From Amoebophrya sp. A120 (Eukaryota > Protista > Dinoflagellata), in the NCBI GenBank assembly GCA_905178155.1, contig CAJINV010000009.1:3342768-3406767 (forward strand): a stretch of 64,000 nucleotides of DNA, given 5' to 3'. Position 1 is the first letter of the stretch; each line of letters starts with the position of its first letter. Positions 25,201-38,200 of this stretch are shown piece after piece. Both the position numbers and the translations under genes were made by a program. Below the pieces are notes generated by a model that searched no databases, was not told where the DNA came from, and was given only the letters and a program-made list of their open reading frames with translations.

Positions 25201-28200
25201 GTGCCGGGCCGGGCGTATCCGGTGACGGCGTATTATCTCGAGGATTTGGTCGAGCTATGGATTGCAAAAATGTCTGGGTCTGGAAGATTGCAACTTGTCA
25301 TGCTAAATCTGGATCATGCAAAAATCTGTGTTGCGTGAGTGCCAAAAGCTGCCCACTTTCGGCCAAGTTGGGAGGGGATTTCTCATGCAGGATAGGCATT
25401 AGAAAGGCCTCGCAGAATCTGTCATGCTAAGTCCTACATACCAGACCTCATGGCTCATAGAAAACCTGCATGACAAATCTGGCAATCTTCCAGACCCAGA
25501 CATTTTTGCAATCCATAGGAGCTGTTGAACTACAAACCCCCACCGGCGAAGAAGGACAAAGCTTACTGGAACGGGGACATTGAGTTCAACGACAGCATGA
25601 CGTACAGCGAAACGACCATGAATACCGTGCGGATGCTGAACGAGAACGACATGAACGTCGATTTGATTGAGAAAACGCTTTGTTACATTATGTCGCAGGA
25701 ACTGCGCGGCGGGGTGTTGATTTTCCTGGCGGGTTGGGACGAGATCACGAAGTGCTTGAAACACATGAGGAAATCGTACAAGTTGCAGGACTGCTACTTT
25801 CTCCCCTTACACTCTCAAGTCCCGAAATCGGAACAGCACTTGGTGTTCCAGCAATCCGGTCACGGGAAAACGAAGGTGGTGTTAGCGACCAACATCGCGG
25901 AAACCTCCGTGACGATCCCGGACATATCCTACGTGATCGACACGTGTAAATGCAAGATGAAGTACTACCGACCGGTCAACGACGGGCTGAATTTAGCGAC
26001 TGCGACGAACCGGGCACAGCCGTTGATGTCGAGAATGGATATTCACTGGGCAGCGAAACACAACTTGACGCAGCGGATGGGTCGTGCGGGTCGTACCCAT
26101 AGTGGGGTTTGCTTCCGGTTGTGCACGAAGTGGCGGTTTGACCAACTGCCGGATATGACGTCACCGGAAATTACCCGATCACCCTTGCACCAGAACGCTT
26201 TGTATGGATTGCAAAAGTGTCTGGGTCTGGAAGATTGCAACTTGTCATGCTAAATCTGAATTATGCAGAAATCTGTGTTGCATGAGTGCCAAAAGCTGTC
26301 CACTTTCGACCAAGTTTGGAGGGAGTTTCTCATGCAGGATAGGCATGGCAGAGACCTCACCGACTCTATCATGCTAGGTCCCGCATTCTAGACCTCGCGA
26401 GTCATGGAAAACCTGCATGACAAGTAAGTTTACACTCTTCCAGACCCAGACATTTTTGCATTTGATACTTTGATGGTCAAGTGGCTGCGGTTGGGAGAGA
26501 TCATGCAATTCTTGACGGAAGCGTTAGACCCACCAAGCCACGAGAATATCAACCGGGCGATCGCGGTATAATATCGAAGAAAAAACATTGTTAGTGTAAC
26601 TTTGTGATGCGCAACATGCAAAGTGATTGCGGCTCTCATGCTGGGGAATGCATTGCAAGGTCCATTCAAGGTGGTTTTCACGTACCATCTGCGCATGACA
26701 GGTTTTTGCTCTCATGCCAGACAGATTTGTAATGCTGTTTCTCCAAAAAGTTACACCTACAATCTTTTTTTCGTGGATATATAAACTTGGTGGTTAGATG
26801 AAGTAGATGTGCAGCAAAAATTTTTGCGTGGAATAGAGCAAATGATCGCAAAACCAAAGCAAGATGTTCCAAAAAAAAATCCAAAACAGGTCCTCCAAGA
26901 ACTGTACGCCATCGACCAATTTCAGCGTCTGACGCCGCTGGGCGTGCAGATTTCCAAGCTCCCCATCGAACCCCGCATGGCCTACGCGGTGCTCCTCTCT
27001 TCCCTCCTCGGCGTGGCACAGCCCATGTGTCTGATCGCCGCTGCCTCCTGTTACCAGGACCCGGTGCGGTCCGACTCCCCGTTGAAGCAACAATACGTCC
27101 AGAACCCGTGCTATTCCGACCAGATTTATCCACAGTAAATTTCCCGTACACGTACAAATGCGGTCTCTGCATGACAAAACTTGGCTTCGATCCTAGTTTA
27201 GCATGACAAATTTTACGCTCCAAATTGGTGAAATTTGTGATGCATCTTGTACATGTACGGGAAATGTGTATTGCATAAGCTTTTGATGCTGAAAATCCTC
27301 TACCAGTTGTTCGACACCCAAAAGCATTTAAACCCATCCTACTGTCGTGACAACGGGGTGAATATGCAATGCAAATATCAATCCGGGTCTGGAAAGGCTG
27401 AACTACCTGTATTGTGTGTTTCGCATATCTGAAAAATCTGTATTGCATAAGCAGCAAGGAATAAAGCGCCACACTTTCGTCACGCAAAAGCGCAGTTTGT
27501 AATGCGTTCTGCGTACTATGAAAAAGCGTTTGAAAGATTTGTAATGCTGCACTGCACTGAAAGGCACAGTCAATCATGACCATGCAGCATTACAAGTTCT
27601 TTCCAGACCCAGACATATTTGCAATGCATAGTGAACGGAAACGTCGTCCGGATCGTGTTCGATTCGGCCCGGCAGCTATGCAAGAAAAAAACTGTGTGTG
27701 TGTACGACTCTGTGATGCAGAAGGTGCAAAACTAGATTCACTTGTCATGCTGGATCTGCGTGATAGGCTACTCTCATACGAGTTTCCACATAGTAGCTGC
27801 GCATGACAGGTTTTCCCTGTAAAAATGCAAAGCGAATTTGTGATGCTGTTCTTCCTTACAAAGTTACACTGACACAGTTTTTTTCCTGGATAGCAGCTGG
27901 AACTGATGCTGACGCAGATGGGCTTCGAAACGCCCGTTCGGGTCGCGTGGTCCAAGCAGCGATGGGACATGCTGCAACTCCTCCTCTCCGTCGCGAACGA
28001 CCACTTCGCGCAGCACGCGGGCAGACGGAGATTGTGGATCGGGCCCATGGAAACCGGGAATATTCAGCAGGTTTCCTGTTGTTCGGATGAAGTTGCTGTT
28101 TATCGCAAGAAAAAACTGTTTCACTGTAAACTTGTAATGCAGAAAATGTATCTGAGAAGTGTCTGTCTTGCTACACATGCAAGACAATAGATTTTCAGCT

Positions 28201-29834
28201 GTGTTTTCCCTTAGGAATCGCGCATGGCAAATTTTTGCTCTGATGTAGATCAAACTTGTGATGCAAAACTTGCAAAATCCTTACAGTGAAACACTTTTTT
28301 CGTACGATACTGTTCCCCCGCAGAAATACTTCGTTTTCGAAGAACAGTCCGCGAATTCCGGTGCCGGGTTCAGGAAAGCGGGCAAGGTGATCGAGGCGGA
28401 CAGCACGGATCCGGTGCACGGGAACGTCCAGTGCCGGAACATGACGAATGTTTCCGTGATCGCGGTCATGCTCGGATTATGAGAGTGCACAAGAACTCCC
28501 CCTCGTTCTCATTTCTATCGCATGAACAGCAACACAAGCAGCACCAGAAAAGGGGCTTTCGCATGACAAATCTGGATGCGGATTGTAATACCATCTTAGT
28601 GCTTCCAAAATTTGTCATGCTAACAGTGCTTACGAGCAAGGTTCAAACTTGGTATTTTGCATCAGAAATGAGAACGAGGGGGAGTTGTGCACTCTCATAC
28701 GGATCCGCGATGGCGTTGACCTATTCCCAAGGCCATCTCTACATCGACGGCTGGATGCCGGTGCGGTATGCAACGAAAAAAGTGTAGTTACAGTTACACA
28801 TTGTATTGCAGAACGTGCTAGACAGACAGGCGCTCTCATTCTGGAAAGGCATGTGAGCCTCGTCTCATACGTGTTTTCCCTTAGGTTTTCTCTGCATTAC
28901 AGGTTTTCTCTGCAATGCAGAGTAAGTTTGTGTTGCTAAAGTTGCAAGAGCAAACGTGTAAGTGTAACACTTTTTTCTTTGCATATGCGGATGACATACG
29001 ACACTGCGAGTTTGATCGGCGCTTTGAAAGCCTGTCTGGAATCTTTGGTGTTACGATTAGCCCACACCCCGAAACTCATCAGTCAGAACGACGCCCCGTT
29101 GATGGAGTTGAAGCAGATCCTGCAGCAGGTCTGCGACGCCAACATCGTCATCCAGCCGGAGGAGGAAGCGGAGGAGGAGGAGGTGATGGGTATCGTATTT
29201 GAAAACGTGCCCACCCCATAGTTGTCATGCAAGTCTGCATGCTGAAAACGTTTCTCATGCGGAGCCCCATGAGAAGCACTTTCTAGTCGTGTTTTGCAAT
29301 TTATTACGCTCCAATCAGCATGATAAACTAGATCTGTGATGCTGCTGAGCTAGCTCAAACAGCACAACACTACGACTCCAAATTTGTCATGCAAGACAGC
29401 CAAAGCTTGTGGATTTGTCTAGCCAATTCCCCAGCTTGACCATGGGGTGGGGACGTTTTTACATAGGATAATGGGGGGCCAGATGGAACAGGAACAACTG
29501 GACATGATGGAGCAAATGGAACACTATAACCGCATATCAAATGTAAAAATGTCTGGGTCTGGAAGGATCCGAACTTGTGATGCGTGTTTCGGATCCCACA
29601 GAGATCTGTGATGCATAACGTGCAAAAGGTCCCTACTTCTGGCCATGCTGAGAGGGCATTTCTCATGCAGAATACGCATCACCAAGGAGCTGCAGAACCT
29701 GTGATGCTAGGCCCTGCATTCCAGACGTGGGGGAGCTTGGAAAAACTGCATGACAAATCTCGGAATCTTCCAGACCCAGACACTTTTGCATTTGATACCG
29801 CATGGTCGCGGCACTGCAGGCACCTAGTGGGTGA
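16291..29834 (+). CDS. DHX9: DExH-box RNA helicase, DHX9/RNA helicase A/MLE-like with two dsRBD-like domains, ~1714 aa
   Basis: 35 exons: 16291-16592, 16868-17257, 17405-17439, 17708-17749, 18122-18193, 18382-18506, 18794-18923, 19186-19227, 19450-19526, 19785-19825, 20076-20184, 20476-20515, 20833-20952, 21215-21268, 21494-21666, 21933-21983, 22200-22316, 22584-22623, 22782-23474, 23743-23894, 24210-24323, 24547-24597, 24775-24952, 25109-25255, 25523-26202, 26473-26565, 26890-27126, 27283-27362, 27636-27676, 27898-28100, 28315-28477, 28705-28766, 28991-29190, 29476-29534, 29803-29834 (5145 nt). Helicase motifs: [64 protein letters not shown]. Also HA2 ([15 protein letters not shown]), dsRBD-like [12 protein letters not shown]...GSKKGA and the DHX9-like ISWSEP...DPW. 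Confidence 0.88.
16593..16862. mobile_element. Family-A introner (TIR TATnnnnTGCAAAAATGTCTGGGTCTGGAA, ~245-290 bp), the most abundant family
   Basis: TSD CAGTT/CAATT. Other members: 7795-8084, 8128-8379, 13870-14132, 14578-14843, 17440-17702, 18924-19180, 19527-19779, 19826-20070, 20185-20470, 20953-21209, 21667-21927, 22317-22578, 23475-23737, 25256-25517, 26203-26467, 27363-27630, 29535-29797, 33804-34062, 34414-34688, 34775-35040, 36249-36520, 36592-36854, 43480-43746, 43786-44048, 49201-49483, 49540-49788, 50025-50287, 50343-50604, 52628-52879, 53433-53684, 54091-54343, 55098-55363, 56273-56526, 56775-57034, 58518-58768, 62383-62647. A degenerate copy lies at 17750-18116. Confidence 0.92.
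19228..19444. mobile_element. Family-G introner (TIR TATGAnAGTGCACAACTCCCCCTC)
   Basis: Long near-perfect TIR with TSD GGAGG. Second member 28478-28699 (TSD CGGAT). Confidence 0.9.
22624..22776. mobile_element. Family-F short introner (TIR core TGCAAAAGTATCGTACT, ~145-156 bp)
   Basis: TSD CAAAA. Other members: 24953-25103, 54423-54568, 55439-55583, 57095-57250, 58306-58455, and 63878 to window end. Confidence 0.88.
24324..24541. mobile_element. Family-D introner (TIR core GAAAAAAACTGT, ~165-225 bp, several subfamilies)
   Basis: TSD AAGAG. Other members: 6435-6631, 18194-18376, 21269-21488, 21984-22194, 26572-26779, 27677-27892, 28101-28309, 28767-28985, 32433-32650, 37279-37498, 40766-40976, 42455-42677, 53061-53259, 59109-59314, 61902-62068, 62684-63795. 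Confidence 0.88.
26572..26779. mobile_element. Introner nested in the canonical intron 26566-26889
   Basis: TSD TATAA at 26567-26571 and 26780-26784. The host intron GTATAA...AAACAG joins NRAIA to VLQELYAID. Confidence 0.88.
27127..27277. mobile_element. Family-H introner (TIR core TTTCCCGTACA)
   Basis: TSD AGATT/AGCTT. The empty site is visible in the paralog at ~210. Second member 53813-53978 is in the opposite orientation. Confidence 0.9.
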
Positions 29835-31040
29835 GTCGTGTGGTTGGAGAAATGTAGTAGTTCTTTTTTTGGGCGAAAATCATGTTGAACCACCGGTAAT
29901 AAGCGAACGATTTGATGAAAATGAAAAAACTCCTTTTATTTTACAGCCTCTATATTTACACCTTGATGAAAATGAAGACTCGGTCGGGTCTTCATATTCA
30001 TTTTGACAGAAAATATCAACTGTAGCAATTTGAATTTAAGTATTTCTGTTGTTACGAGTAGAAATTCGAAATTTGTTTCATTTTTTGAAATGACGACGGA
30101 ATGCTGATGAAGTGTAGTCTCGTGTTTTTCGGGAATACAGGCCGCAAACAGTGTACAAGAAGAGTAAATTGGTATAAACCGAGAAAGCCAAGCCAAAACC
30201 TGTACGCAACTACTCCAAAAGACTTGCAGAAAGGATACAACTACGAACCCAGAACACGATTTATTCGAGTTGCAAGTCTTTGTTTTTGGTTAAGATGTTC
30301 AAAAAGTAATTCGTACTCCCAGTGCCATTGCGATTGCAGGAGCAGGCGAGGATGTATTCGACTCCTCTCCATCGGGAGTTGTCGTGAAAAATAGCTTGTT
30401 CATCGCCGTTCTGCTCGACGTCAAGAAAGAACACCTGCGACCGAGTTGATTTTCGAGAGAAGTGGTCTCGAGATGCAAAATCATGCCTTCGTGTGACATC
30501 TTCGGATCGTAATATCAACAACTAGTAGAAGCCGTAGATGCTTTATCTTTTCTTCGTTGAGGTAGTGGTTTGTCTGTTCTCTCACTCTCTGCGAAGATCC
30601 AAGTTGAAAGGAAGTCCCAGCATCAGCATGGGGTTGTGGTGTTCGTTCGCTTGCAGATTTTTTGCTTTTCATTCCTATCTATCAGTCTTTGGTACGGTGA
30701 CTGGTCGTTTCGGGCATCGAATGATCCAGTTGTGTAGTTGAAGGAGAGACCATCATGATCCTCTTTTGCAATTTGGAAGATCGAGAGGTATTCACTAACT
30801 TTTTCAGGGTCGTCTACGTTTACTACTTCGAGATAATAATTTTCCCCTGTTTGGCGCCGAGCTGTGAAACATTAAAGGCAAAAATTTTATCATATAGAAA
30901 TTGTTCGAGTTCGCATGTAAATGCATCTCTTTCGCTCTCTATACACCGGCATTATGTGACGGATCTGTTTTAAGAACGCCATCAAAATCACCCACGCCTG
31001 GCTTTGACAGCACGAGTGCTGCATTTCCAGCAAAAGAAAA

Positions 31041-31527
31041 ATGGTTCTCGACTACGAGATTCTCCTTCCCCAGCTCGCTCTGATCCTCGCTCCCTTCGTC
31101 GTTTTCACGGTCTGGAGGTGGGACAGCGCAACAGCCTGGACAGATCAGAGGTTGCTTGATGCACAGGAGTCTTTGCCAAAAAATAAGGACGGGACGCCAG
31201 TACCATTGGCCACGGTTGAGGTACTTGTTTTTCCAGAATATATTGCTTGTTTTAGTTTTGCATGACAAATAGCGTGTGTTATGTTGAATATGAAATGTGT
31301 TTGTGCCGCTCTTGCACGAGACTACAAAAATCTTCACAACTCTGACCCATATACAGCGCGACCACGCTCCCATCCTGTCCGAGCCGTTATCACAGAAATG
31401 CACGGCCATCGTATTGGCGTTGGTCTGCCTCTACATATGTGTCTGCTACGCAGTAGTGCAGTACGAAAGAAACCGGGCAGAAAAAAGACAGATTGAAAGA
31501 CATCAGATGAGTAAGAAAAATGAATAG
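31041..31527 (+). CDS. Small two-TM membrane protein with C-terminal KKxx (KKNE), ~116 aa
   Basis: Exons 31041-31220 and 31357-31527 are joined in frame by the GT-AG intron 31221-31356. Two hydrophobic segments and a dilysine ER-retrieval-like end. Confidence 0.6.
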
Positions 31528-32299
31528 AACTGAAATATAATGTCGTGATCACTTATCATGGCCGCTAGGTGGTTTTCTCAAAGGCGCGGGCACCCCTGCC
31601 TTTATTGAGGTAGTGCCTCCACCACGTGCGGCAGCTGTAGCACCGAACAGTTTTTAAGCTGTTCTCCGATAGTACAGTTTGACCGCGTCTTTTCAGGTAC
31701 AACGTTGATTTCGGTGTTGTAGAAATTCTTTCCTCGCTCTTGCGATCGGTTTTCAGTCTTCTGGAGGCTCTATTTTTGCTGACTCGGTCACTGCGCATCA
31801 GCATCTCCATCTAGAAATTTTGATTGCACTTGCACCGTTTTCATTCCCTCGGTCAACTTGCATGCGCCTCTCCTTCAATTTAGAAACGTCGACGAAGAGG
31901 TGCTCGGTTTTGTCGGCAAAGGCACTGGTTTATTTTCGATTTCGGTCTGCCACTATCTTCGCAAAAAAAAAAAAACACTCGGTTTGTAGCGTTTTATGTC
32001 TATAGGCCCACCACTACGTGATTCTGTGTAGTTCAGCGCAGGAGGTTGGTTTCCATCCCGCTGCGGTCGCTCTTGCGGTAAAAGCCGGCCTATTCTCTAC
32101 GACTCCAGGACTCCATTCTCATTCTCGTTACAACATCAAGTGCTATTGTTACCATGTCATCAGTTCACGTTGAGTTTGTGTTCCCTTTTCGCGAAAAAGG
32201 ATAGGTTTTGCTCAGCACGACACTTATATATAATTTCTCCGATTTAATAATATTCAAGAACTTTAACTTTATCAAGAAGTTCGTCGTTCTTCGTGTACC

Positions 32300-35200
32300 A
32301 TGTTGGGCACCAAAGGCATCAAGGAGAAGAAGCGCCACAAGGAGCAGCGCGCGGAGGGTTCCGCCAGCTCCCCCCGCGCGGAGGGATCCTCCGGCGGCGG
32401 ACCACCCCGGGGCGAGGGGTCTTCCGGTCCCTTATCACAGGAAAAAAGTGTTACAATTACACACTTGTTGGAGTGTCTGCATCACAGACAAAGTTGCTCA
32501 ACATGGTAAAGAAATAAACCTGTGATGCGCAGACTACAAGGGAAAACACGTATGAACTGTCGTTGGCAAGCATTTTCTGCATGACAGAGGTTGTCTGTCT
32601 TGCTTGTCTCACAGCAGAGTGTGTCACTGTAACAGTTTTTTCTCACGATATCCCTACGCGCAGCACTATGCCGGGATCAACCGCATTGGCATTGACGTCA
32701 CGGGCACGAAATTTCCCAAACACGACACCTCACACGACAATGCGGGGACATCCGTTGGGTACGGAACCAGAAAAATGAACGACGACCGCTATATGGAGTA
32801 TCACGGACTCGCGAGTCCGGGCAGCCCAATGTCGGGGAAAAAGATGTCCGAACGGCAGAAAGTGCAGCGGCAGAAGCTGGACATGGGCTCGTGCCTCCTC
32901 TTCGACGACGGCAAGGCGCTCAAACGATTGGAGAAGATTCTCGGGCGGGGGCATATCGTATTTAAAAGCGTCCCCACCCCAGCTTTGTCATGCAGATTTG
33001 CACTCACAGGAAGATTTGTAATGCGCATCCCCATGAGAGGCATTTCCTATCGTGTTTTGGACTCTGAAATGCTATAAGGAGGATGAGTAGATGGCTTTGT
33101 GATGCGGCTGCACTTGCTAAACTGCACTACAATACAGAGCGGAACTTGTCATGCGTGACTCCCAAAACTTCTCGACTTGTGTTGCGAGATCCCCGTCTTG
33201 ACTCTGGTATGGGGATGTTTTTACAAATGATAGGGCAGGACGGGGCGTTACTAGCGCCGGAGAAGGTGCTGAAACACTCGGACTGGCGAAAGAACTACAT
33301 GCTGCGGCTGGACAAGGCCACGGCAAACGCGCCGAATCCAAAAACCACGAAGCAACAGCAAAGCCGGATGGAGTTCGTCGAGGGCCACCCGGTGGTGGTG
33401 TACGGGGAACATGCCGGCTTTGCGTCCGCGAGGTACAAGCTAAAGCCCGCTTCTGGTGCGGTGGTCCAAAGCATCGCCGGCACCATTGACGACAAAGATC
33501 AGAAGTTTGGAGGGGAAAATTTGCGGCAGTCACAGGTTCATAGAGCTTTGATGCCTCTGGTTAGGATGCTCATAAGATTCCGTTAATGTATTTTTTTCCG
33601 GCGTGCGCCCTGCATTAGCATTGTATTATAGAAAGTTGCTCTTGTTTGATTGAGATGAATTTATTTCACTACTTACTGAAACCGTATCCAAAACCAAACC
33701 AACCACAGGTTACGCCCGATCCGTGTCTCGACGGGGTAGAGATTAAGCGGCGGATAGGGGTTCTGAACAAAACCACGGGCGTGTATACGCAGGGCGGGAT
33801 ACATATCAAATGTAAAAATGTCTGGGTCTGGAAGAATGCGACTTGTGATGCTGCATTTGGATTCCAAAAAAATCTGTATTGCATGAGTACCACAGGGAAT
33901 GTAATTTTTGCTACGCGGAGAGGGCATTTGTCATGCGGAATAGGCATCAAGAAGCTCTCAAAAAATCTGTGATGCTAGATGCGTCACAGACATCAGGGCT
34001 CATGCAAAACGTGCATGACAAGTGTCAGAATCTTCCAGACCCAGACATTTTTACACTTGATAATACAAAAAGGCCAAGTTTACATTCGACAAGAAGACGG
34101 TAAGTGGGTCAAAGGCGACCTGCCGCCCAATGCTGGCGACCCGAGTCCGCCGGCGCACATCGGCCAGGGAGTCCCGCAGGACGACGACGCTGCTGCGCCC
34201 GAAGACGTCAGAAATTCCGCCGCCAACGCTTCCGCGAATGCTTCTATGAACAACGCGCCGCAGTCGAGCGGCGGTGCGAATAACTCTTCCGGCGCGGCTC
34301 CTGCCATGTCGAGCTACAAAGCCCCGGACACAGAGCCGGACCCGCCGCGCGCACCGACCCCAGAGCCGGAACCTCCGCGCGCGCCGACCCCAGAGCCGGA
34401 ACCTGCTAAGCGGTATGCATTGCAAATATCGATCTGGGTCTGGAAGGATGCAACTTGTGATGCTTGATTTGCATTCTACAATAAATCTGTATTGCTTGAA
34501 TGGCAAAAGAGGTCCAGTTTTTGCCATAAGCGAGAGGGCATTTCTTTTCCGGTAAAAGCATCAGGAAGCCCTGCTCATAAAATCTGTGATCCTAACGCAC
34601 GCATCGCAGACAGCAGGAGTCATGCAAAATGTGCACGACAACGACAAGCCTTGCATCCTACCAGATCCAAAGATATTTGCAATGGATAGGCTGCAGAGTA
34701 CCATTCCTCCGCCGGAGTCGAGTCAGTCCAATGCGAGTCCTCCGCCAAGATCAAGTCCGCCGGCGGTGCCGAAATATGCAATGCAAATACGTCTGGATCT
34801 TCTGGAAGGATGCAAGGTTTGTCATGCTTGTCTGGCGTGACTGAGGAGTTTGTGATGCGTGTGCAACAAGAAGAGACGCTTTTGCGTGTCATGCCAAAAC
34901 GCAGTCTGTCATGCGGAAAGCGCCACACGAAGCCGCGCAAATACTTATTTCTCATGCTTGGCTGTGCATGACGGAGCACTCACTATTCACAACCCAGCAT
35001 TACAAGTTTCCAGACTCTCCAGACATATTTGCAATCCATACAACATCCGACCCTCCAAAATCCGACCCGCCGAAATCCGACCCGCCGAAATCCGAACCGC
35101 CAAAGTCCGATATCCTGAGTAAAAATGTCCCCACCCCAGAGTTGTCATGCAGATTTGCGATTACAGGAAGATTTGTGATGCGCATCTCCTTGAGAGGCGT

Positions 35201-38200
35201 TTCCAATCGTGTTTTGGAATTTGTAATGCTGTAAGCAGGATAAGGAGATGGATTTGTGATGCGGTTGTCGTTGCTAACATGCACTACGCTACGGACTGCA
35301 ACTTGTCATGCGTGGTTCCCAAAACTTCTGCGCTTGTGTTGCTAAGTTCCCATCTTGACTCTGGTGATGTGGGGACGTTTTTACATATGATATCCGATCC
35401 GCCAAAATCAGAAGAGCCAGAGTCTGCGGAATCGGAAGCGCCCAAGTCCAGTGCCTCGTCAGCACCCGGGTCTGGAGAACCGTCCTCCGCAGCGAATGCG
35501 TCCGCGGCCAATGCGTCCGCAAATGCCCCGGGAAGTTCATACAATTTGTCGGGGAAAAAATCCAGCAGTGCCGATATGGAATGGAAATTGATAGATTATT
35601 TGCCGCTCGCTGCACGGTAGTTGTCAAAAGATAGTATGGCATCTTTTTTGAACGATCTCGGCAAGGAATCATAATTTTCAAGTTTACATTTATTTCAAAA
35701 CCTAACAGCAAGCCGAAATGTTGACTGGTAAGAGCACCGATTCTTCATAGACTGAAGTTGTTGATGTGACACTAATGACGCACAACTTTTGACGTCGTGC
35801 GCAACCGGCAAGAATAAATTTTCCTTCGCATATCCGACGACCCGAACTCGCAAGAAAACATACCGTCTATCACGAGGAAAAATCCCCCCTCCCCATATCA
35901 AAACGGAATTTCTGATGCTGGATTTGCGTATACAAATCAGGTTTGTCTTGCAGTAGAGGACAGCAGGCTCCTGCCAAGCCTGAGTAGAGAGCTTTTGGCC
36001 TAGGCACTTAGCATGAGAAACGTCTATGCTGTAGGCCCAACAGCATCACAAACCGCCTGCATAATGCGGCAGAGCCTGTGGAGTTGTCTTCTTGCAAGAC
36101 AGACGTGATTTGTGGTCTCAAATCAGCAAGACAAATTTTCGGAAGCATACCTTTTCGATATGGGTAGGGGGGATTTTTCCTCTCAATACCGTCGTCCACT
36201 TCTTCGGGCCCCATGAACCCGGACCCGCGGTTGTTGCGGGATAGTAACTATCAAATGCAAATATGTCTGGGCCTGGAAGAATGCAGGAGTTTGTCATGCA
36301 GATTTTGCATGATCCTCCATGAGGTCTGTGATGCATGCCCTCACATCAGAGATTCTGCGAGGACTTTCTAATGCTCAAGCCGCATGAGAAATGCCCTCCA
36401 CGCGTAGCACAAATTGCACCTCTTTTGCTGATGTTCATGCAATACAGATTTTGTGTAGAATCCAAAGGTAGCATGACAAGTTGCCATCTTCCAGACATCC
36501 AGGGATATTTGCAATGCATAGTAACCTAATACCGGATCCGAAAAAGGAGGAGGAGGAGGAAAAACCCCCGGAATCAGCGCTGAGTAGTCAATATGGATTG
36601 TAAAAATGTCTGGGTCCTCTGGAAGAATGGAAGGTCTGTCATGCTCTGCCAGCATGACCCCAACGTCTGTCATGCACGTTACCCAAGAGCTGCCCCGTTT
36701 TTTTTGTTATGCAGAAACGCAGTTTGTCATGCAGAAAAATAGGCAACACCTCAATGCTCAGAAACTTGCCATGCTGAGCCAGCACTTGTGGCCGCCTCAT
36801 GATACGCCAACCAGCATCACAAGTTTCCAGACCCAGACATTTTTACAGTTGATAGTCAAGGAACCGGGAGTTACATGGGCGCAGCTGACGATAGCGATGA
36901 CGATGATGATGATATGACAAGAACATTTCTGGAAAAAACTTCTTCTTCTACGCGACCTTCTGACTTCATTTTATTACATTGTCCTGGCGAACAAAATTGG
37001 TCGTGATGCCATCATGAAGTGCATCAAAGAGAAAGAACAAAGCGAGATCCGATTTTCGTTTGTTTTGTCATGATGATGTTGCGCCATGCAGCTGAGCTGG
37101 AGCCCGAATCCGAAAACAGTGTAGTTTTTGCATGAACTCATAACCCGGCAAAAATCGCAATTAGATATGATCATGCTGCTGAACGAAGAAGCAGGATGCT
37201 GTATGATTCAAGAAGTTTGAATTTCCTCCGGTGATACCCAACGACGCCCCGAACTCCTCCGCAAATAAGTCTAGCAGTTATCCAAGGAGAAAAACTGTGT
37301 ATAGTGTAAATTTGTGTTGCAGAAAATGCAAAACTGTTACACTTGTCGTGCTGGACATGCAGATGCACCATCAGAGGCAATTTTGGTGCGTGTTTTCACG
37401 TAGTAGCTACGCATGACAGGTTTTCAGTGTCATGCAGAGCAAACCTGTGATGCTATTTCTCCAAGAAACTTACACTTCCGCAGTTTTTTTCCTGGATAGC
37501 AGTGGCAATAAAAATAACTCTGGATCACAAGGTATCCTGAGTAAAAACGTACCCACACCAGAGTCAAGATGGAAAATCTGCTAGACAAATCGGCCAACTT
37601 TGCTTGTTTCGCATGACAACTTTGGACGCGTAGTGTAGTGCTGCTTGAGCTAGTTTAGCAGCATTACAGATCTAGTCTCTCATGCTGATTGGAGCATGAC
37701 AAATTTCCAAACGCCATTAGAAAATGCTTCTCATGGGGCTCCGCATGACAAACATTTTAAGCATGCAGATTTGCATAACAACTATGGTGTGGGGACGTTT
37801 TTACACAGGATACAAGGAGCGCCAGTCCCTTCGGGAGCCAATGACAGCGGCGGTCAACACAAGGCGTCGAAGCATTCGTATCAACAGGAAAAATCCCCCC
37901 TCCCCATATCAAAACGAAGTTTCTGATGCAGGATTTGCGTACACAAATAAGATCTGTCTTGCTAGAGAGGAATGCAGCCCCATACTAAGCCTAAGTAGAG
38001 AGGCTCTGGCCTAGGCGTCTAGCATGAGAAACGTCCATACTGTAGGCCCATCAGCATCACAAACCGCCTGCGCAATGCTGCGTAGCTTGTCGGATTGCCT
38101 TCTTGCAAGACAGACGTGATTTGAGGTCGCAAATCAGCAACACAAATTTCCGGAAGCATACCTTATCGATATGGGGAGGGGGGATTTTTCCTCTTAATAA

